From assembly GCA_020891255.1 (NCBI GenBank), contig BQFW01000010.1, positions 620,001 through 684,000 on the forward strand: DNA of 64,000 nt, read 5' to 3'. The notes under the pieces were generated by a model, which saw nothing but the letters and a program-made list of their open reading frames with translations, made no database searches and had not been told where the DNA came from. Below are positions 58,401 to 64,000 of the stretch, in pieces. A program made the translations under genes and the position numbers. This DNA comes from Entomortierella parvispora E1425. Lineage: Eukaryota; Fungi; Mortierellomycota. Each line of letters begins with the position of its first letter. Positions within the stretch are counted from its first letter, which is position 1.

Positions 58401-59069
58401 CCAATCCTATAGGAAAAATGAAAGTCTTGATAGTTAGAATATGTATTTATATAGTCTTGTGCACATCGAGATCGGGTCAACGAACAAAGTATATATTTTA
58501 CCCGCCAGTGCTTCTGATAACTACTATATTGGGCTCTGGTCCTCTTTGTTTTCAAAGAGTCCTGGTGTTTGTCACTGGAGTCAGCATCCTCTGTAGAGGG
58601 GCTAGGAGTATCCTGCACCTCGTGGTATTCATTCTCCTGAGGCTGATCAGGTATTATCAACGACTGGTCCTGCTGCTGCTGAGGTTGATGTTGTGACTGG
58701 GGGTTCCTAGATGAATTGTTACCACCTGTGCAAGAGGTGGCCTGCTTCTTTGGATCCGGTGCGTCTGTCGGCCCTGCGCGTTTGAGAGCGCGCCGATTGA
58801 CGACGGCTGAAAGATCGATGGGCAGCGTTGCAGAGGAGTGTTCTACTTCGAGGGTTGGTGCTGGTCCCAGCTGTCTCTGAGTCGTTGCAGGCTCTTCCGA
58901 GGGGGAACTCTTGTCCGATTTCGATTGACCTACAAGATAACATCAAATCGTCGCCTGCTCAATACAAAATGTTATTCAAAATAGGGGAACAGCAACATGC
59001 TGTCTTGATCAGTATCGCTTTACCGGCATGGGGACGTTGGTTGCTCCCTGCTGCTTGACACTCACTCAT
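55460..59069 (-). mobile_element. Crypton-like element (NDC10_II tyrosine-recombinase-like domain + GCR1_C), intron-containing, disrupted
   Basis: TRAQYSSYQKHW|DWC..YIKAVSDLY; DHYMRIRG..AEL; GKTNQ..IVRNKDVEVCPVGALAFYLFSRW; RKSGAQ..THYMGNIP..MAGFP..RMIFPF; and GCR1_C VWDQW..PSYWTLNKTYGKRWR..YSNKKKLIDAI. Lesions are a 4-bp duplication at 57750-57757 and an in-frame TAG at 55850-55852. The 5' exon is tentative. Confidence 0.85.
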
Positions 59070-59580
59070 ACTGTTGCAGTAATAGTGGTTTACGGTAGGA
59101 TGAGGAGTACAAGACGGAGTGAGGAGGTAGCAAGAGTAGCCAGCCAAATAAATAAATAAAAAGGTGCCGCTACAACGTAACAGCAGTCCGGAATAAGTGA
59201 ACACTCAAGAGGTCAGAGGCGCAAGAAAGCAGACTGCAACAGCAGGTGAGGGGTAAGAAGGGATGTCCATTTGCATGAGAGAGAGAACAGGCAATGCATG
59301 AAGTGAATCACCCCTCCTTTGTTGATTTAAGGGGCCAACATTGAATCTCAGTCTCTTTTCTATTCCACGCCATGCAACAAAGAAAAACGGCGCGCGTGCC
59401 TCTCGTGTCACTTTCTTCTTTGTCCATCCATCCATCCAACTTTGCCTTCCTTCTTTCTTCATTCGCCCTTCTCTCCTGTCACTTGCTCATTGCGCCATCC
59501 CCATCCCCATTCCCATCACATCCTCTTTGCCCGAGTTCATCCTGCCTCCCCTCACATCCATTGCGCCCGCTGCGCGCGTC

Positions 59581-61401
59581 ATGGGCACCTCCACCGCGTC
59601 GTCCTTTGTAAAAAAGTCAGCGATGACGATCCCTCTTATATGCGAAGAGATTGCCGCGTCGCTCGACCAGACAGATATTGCCCACTGTACCCTCGTCTCT
59701 TCGGACTGGAACGAGGCCTTCTCGCGTGTCCTCTGGAAGAACCTGTTCTTTCATCGTCAGCAAGATGTGGCCCAGTTTCAACGGAACCGCAGTGTCTCCC
59801 ACGACGGCAGTCAGCGCGCAAAGATGTCACCCATGCAGCAAGGACTGATCAGAAACAAGGACTATGTCCTCTGTATCCACAGCGTCTTTTGTTACACTTT
59901 TCAATCGTCGCTCTTGGGAGGCACCCAGCCCGAGACCCTGACCCGAAGCAATACCACTGCCAGCAACAATGACGCCATCTTGGAGCAACCGTTCCCGAAC
60001 CTTGTTCGGCTGGAGACCCTGGCATCCGAACTCCATAACAAGGGCATTGTCGACAATACAAACACGGAGAAGCTTCTCCAGTTTGTTACGTTAAACACGA
60101 CGCTCACCACCATCGTACTGATCAACTTTCCTCTGGCCAGTGTAAAAACCTCAAAGCTGCTGGGAGTCACTTTGGAAACTCACGAGAACCTGAATTCAGT
60201 CACTATCTCTTGCTTCAAGACCGCAGATCGCTCGAGTATCCGCCATGTGCTCAGGGGGGCTGCTCTAGGAAATGTTCAAAAACTAGTTGTGATTTGTCGA
60301 TCGACTGTCGCCTGGGATGATGAACCCCTTGCCGCACTGGAGCCAACTGCATCATCGCCTTTCCAGTTACTACCCGAGGGCTACCAGTCCGGATTGAAAG
60401 ATTTGACCCTGGAGGCGAGCCTAACCCACGCCCTTGACAAAACTCTATTACCTCTTCTTCGACACTGTCCCAACTTGCGACGGCTCTATATACCCCAACT
60501 AGCCTATATCGCAGAGCACCAAGATTCGATAGTGGAGCAGGACTTGGGCCCTGCCTTGAAGACATGGTGTCCAAATCTGCGGGACTTGGATTTGGGCTGC
60601 TCATTAGCGACAGACAAGGCTATGGTATCGCTTCTAAACAACTGTCGCGACTTGAGGAGCCTGACATTCTCGAGCCCAAATGCCTTGGGCTCACTATCAA
60701 CGCAAGCGCTTGTCGGGTTTCACGCCACGTTGGAGCGACTGGATATTGGGATTTGTACTGGGGTAGACAGCAAGGATCTGCAGCTTGTCTTGACTTCATG
60801 TCCGAATCTCACAGTGTTGAAGACAGTCTTGACTATGGAGAGCAGCAGCGGAAATGAAAATGGCCATGGCGGTCATGGCAGGTACCATGACCTTTGTGAA
60901 GCTCGAATTGAAATCCAAGACTTGCCACTGGGCGCTGTTCCCGCTTGGGTCTGTCTCAAACTTCGTGTTCTTCAGGTCGGATTTTCAGGATTCACCAGTC
61001 TGGGCGGCGTCCACGTCAGTGACCAGAACGAAATAGAGATCAGCGCCACTGTCCATCGCTATGTCGACCACATTTATTCTCAGCTTTCAAAGCTGACAGA
61101 GCTTCGTACCCTCGTCCTTGCAGGAGAGCGGGAAGTTGAAGGGAATGGGATCACTAGCGCAGCGCCCACCGTCAAAGTCCCAGCAATGTTTGACTTCAGT
61201 CTCTCTGGTGGATTGAATCAACTAGAGTCTTTGCATCACCTCCAAGAGTTGGATCTGACGAATTTTCCGCAGGACAAGATCGCGGATGATGAAGTTGTGT
61301 GGATGAAAACTCACTGGCCGAGACTTCAGAGAGTCATTGGATATAATGGCAAGCAACATTTTGACCGTGCAAAGGCTGCCAAGTCGGTTACCATTGTATG
61401 A
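59581..61401 (+). CDS. F-box/LRR (RNI-like) protein, single exon
   Basis: IPLICEEIAASLDQTDIAHCTLVSSDWNEAFSRVLWKNL F-box, then LRHCPNLRRL, CPNLRDLDL, LTSCPNLTVL, WVCLKLRVL, IYSQLSKLTELRTL, GGLNQLESLHHLQELDL. Confidence 0.85.
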   Translation: MGTSTASSFVKKSAMTIPLICEEIAASLDQTDIAHCTLVSSDWNEAFSRVLWKNLFFHRQQDVAQFQRNRSVSHDGSQRAKMSPMQQGLIRNKDYVLCIHSVFCYTFQSSLLGGTQPETLTRSNTTASNNDAILEQPFPNLVRLETLASELHNKGIVDNTNTEKLLQFVTLNTTLTTIVLINFPLASVKTSKLLGVTLETHENLNSVTISCFKTADRSSIRHVLRGAALGNVQKLVVICRSTVAWDDEPLAALEPTASSPFQLLPEGYQSGLKDLTLEASLTHALDKTLLPLLRHCPNLRRLYIPQLAYIAEHQDSIVEQDLGPALKTWCPNLRDLDLGCSLATDKAMVSLLNNCRDLRSLTFSSPNALGSLSTQALVGFHATLERLDIGICTGVDSKDLQLVLTSCPNLTVLKTVLTMESSSGNENGHGGHGRYHDLCEARIEIQDLPLGAVPAWVCLKLRVLQVGFSGFTSLGGVHVSDQNEIEISATVHRYVDHIYSQLSKLTELRTLVLAGEREVEGNGITSAAPTVKVPAMFDFSLSGGLNQLESLHHLQELDLTNFPQDKIADDEVVWMKTHWPRLQRVIGYNGKQHFDRAKAAKSVTIV

Positions 61402-61553
61402 AAAAGAGAATTAGTTCAATAAACAAAGAATCTCATCAAGTATGGCTACTCTGGTTCCATTTAGCTACCCTCAGTTTGTCAGATCTTGGCAACGGAGTAG
61501 ATTTGATTTGGTTGGGATACGACCGATGTTTACGTTCTATTGATGTTGTCTAG

Positions 61554-63732
61554 CTACCCCTGTACTAAAAAGACCTCAAATTCTTGCACTCGGAAGTAAA
61601 ATGATCCAGCCAATGCCACCGTTGACGCTCCTGGACCACAGTAGGAAGATGGCATCGTAGACGACGACTGGCAGGTCAGGTTACAGTTCTAAAGATTCGA
61701 ACCAAAGATACATTAGACCAAATAAAGGAAAAGACCCCCCATTGTCATTTTCGTTGCAGATACAACTTTCCAACTTACAGAAGAAAGATAAAGATCATGG
61801 CCGACTCCAAACGTAGGTCCGAAATCCGCCTTGTTGTAAGCAGCCGCATTACCGTCGCCTTTCACATCAAACCGCGCGTTTTCCCGATGAGGTTGGTCCC
61901 GGCTTTTGAGCGTGAATAAAAAGTTGACTTTGGAGGTCGAGTACACACCAGAGGGATGACTCGACCAAGACGAGCTATTGTATCCTCCAAAGACCGCGCC
62001 ATTGTCTGCACGCACGACCGTCAAGGTCGGTCCGCGTTGATCGCAGGCCATGTGGAAATTGGCCGCATCGAATCCGTCCCGGGTCGCTCGGTATTGGAGA
62101 ACAAGCTTTGGCGGTTGAGAAGCTCCTGAGGAGGAAGAGGAGGAAGAAGAGGAAGTCATGGAGGAGTGGGAGGTGGCCTGTGGGATTTGCATTTGAGCAA
62201 AAGACGAGTAGGCGGGTGGAATGGTCGCAGAGGAGGCGTTTGCACTTCCTGAACGAGTTGAACGGTGACCAATAGCCCGTCCTGGTGGCGACAAAGAAGG
62301 TGCAGTAACTCCGGGCCGCGGCGGTGAGAAGGGTGGCGAAGAGGAAGTCATGTCCACGGACGAAAAGAAGGAGGATCGTACAGGGGACGATGCAGGAGTT
62401 CCAGAGCCAAAAAAAGTGCCAATGTTCCCAGAGATGGGCGGTGAGCTGCTGTAGACACTTCGCCTATGCCAGGCACTGTTGGAAGACGCCGCTGTTTGGG
62501 ATTCGAGAATGGCTGCCTGGAGCCAGCCCAAAATGACTTCCTTTTGTTCTTTGCCTAGAATGGTCGAAAACGCCATGCGCCGTCGAAGAGAGGTCTGGTA
62601 TGGATCTGCCATGGAGGGGACAGAGTGATATCGGTATACTTTGGCGCACAATTGCACCGGCAGCAGTCCCGTTCCTTCAATCAACCGCAAAAAGTCAAGA
62701 GAAGGAATCCTCATGAATCGAATGGCGGGCAGCAATGGCGCAATCAGCGACTGAAGGTCCTCGTGAACACTGGCTGACAGCTTGATCACGTTGTGGCTCG
62801 TCACTTGCTCAAACACGGATCGTGAGGGTGTCCTGAATCCGTCCTCGTCGTGTTCCAGTCTGCCAATGTTAACATTGGTTCCATTCAATGGCACTTGGGC
62901 ATCACCTCCGAAGCCATTGTCTAGACCATAGAGACCAACACTGTCTTCGTCTTGTATTTCTGGAGTCATGCTTGTCCCCGAAGTCTCTACCAGGACGCAT
63001 CCGTTGCCCTTGGGAAAGTCAGTGAGTGGACAGTGGGCCCAGTCCAGTCCCTGTTGATAATACGCCCAGCGAACGGCGATCTTCCAGATTTCAAGTTCGT
63101 CCAGATCAAGCTGGTCCATAGAAAGAATATCCTTGAGAATATCCGCATCAAGCGTCAGGATGGTCTTTCCTTTCTTGAGATGGTCAATGTTGGAGGCGAT
63201 AAAGTCCAGACACTCTGTCTTCAATTGTGAGAGGTTGTGGAGCGAGGCTGCTTCAACGAGTTGGAGAACATTATCCTTGGAGATCGTGGATAGCGCATGT
63301 CGTTCACATCCATGCAACAGATCTTCCATGCACAGTTCATCGGCTGCTTTGATAAGGTCCATCACAATGTCGTCCTCAAGCATCAGACGACCGCCATAGA
63401 TGTAGTGCAAGATGCGCTCAAACACAGCAGGCGATATGTTGGGTTTGTGAATGATCCGCTGACTTGCCTCCTTCCAGTCGTTTCCCAATGCCCTTGCGAA
63501 ATATGTACTCCTTGCCTGCAAAATTAGGGAGTGGGCGTGCATCATGACCTGCTCCTGACCTAGCACAGAAAGTTCACTGCAGGGTTACTTTTGATTCTCC
63601 CTGTAAGCCAGGGTAAACGATACAGAGAGAGAGAGACTGACCAATGACCAGCTGGATGTCAGCGCCGATGGGTGAATTGACAAGGCGCAATAAATCCGCC
63701 CCGAGGATGTCAGGGTTGGAGTATATTGGCAT
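61554..63732 (-). CDS. BTB/POZ-BACK-TLDc protein, 3 exons (ATG 63732)
   Basis: MPIYSNPDILGADLLRLVNSPIGADIQLVIG|QEQVMMHAHSLILQARSTYF (BTB), ILHYIYGG, BACK helices, TLDc LQYRATRDGFDAANFHMACDQRGPTLTVV..FGGYNS..GPTFGVGHDL|..FRVQEFEVF. Confidence 0.92.
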
Positions 63733-64000
63733 GGCTCTGAACTAGGGTGTGTCGCGACAAAAAAAAAAAGGAAAAAAAAAGAAGAGAATACAAAGAGAAA
63801 CGCGAGGTGTGAAGGCTCGCAGTAAGCAAAGACAGGTGGAAAGACAGCCAGCGAGAAGGTAAAGAGAAGAGCGAGGGAAGGAACGAAGGAGAAGGCGAGT
63901 GGGGCAAGAGGCGGGGAGAAGGACGAAGGGAGGAGGGATAGACGGGGCAAAAGACGATCGTGAGACAAAAGGGCGAAAAAGAAAAAGAGACACGTCCGAG

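Noticed and set aside
59341-59580. 80-aa N-terminal extension of the F-box/LRR ORF from a TTG start
   Set aside because: Pyrimidine-rich 5' UTR; eukaryotic initiation is expected at ATG 59581 or the next ATG.
1-64000. CRISPR array, rRNA, LTR retrotransposon or biosynthetic gene cluster around the two FAD monooxygenases
   Set aside because: No repeat-spacer array, rRNA, RT/integrase or NRPS/PKS/terpene core gene seen; the monooxygenases are 20 kb apart among unrelated genes.

Overview
Eukaryotic, intron-rich fungal DNA. The gene repertoire (intronless NACHT-pentapeptide-WD40 NLR-like gene, long Sel1 array, F-box/LRR, BTB-BACK-TLDc, FAD monooxygenases, Crypton-like tyrosine recombinase) points to Mortierellaceae; this is an inference and no database search was run. 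Conserved housekeeping genes are BUB3, GPI16/PIG-T, an HTATIP2/FMP52-like reductase, NOSIP, PPIL4, mitochondrial GatC, a DUF5092 protein, LARP1, an MFS transporter, tRNA-Asn(GTT) and SEC5. Three dynamic blocks interrupt them. (1) About 4.3-15.3 kb, a putative immunity/effector island: a 27-repeat Sel1 solenoid with nested higher-order duplications and a decayed tail, a Crinkler-N-like relic, a two-exon 63-aa secreted 6-Cys peptide that the ORF track misses, and a 1764-aa NACHT-WD40 receptor. (2) About 22.9-35.1 kb: a tandem family of F-box proteins apparently fused to an XPA/Rad14-like zinc-finger domain with a variable loop, mixed with transposase and nuclease relics and an inverted, decayed PPIL4 duplicate. 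(3) About 55.4-59.1 kb: a disrupted, catalytically altered Crypton (NDC10_II + GCR1_C). Exon boundaries were read by eye. Family calls rest on recalled motifs and need HMM confirmation.
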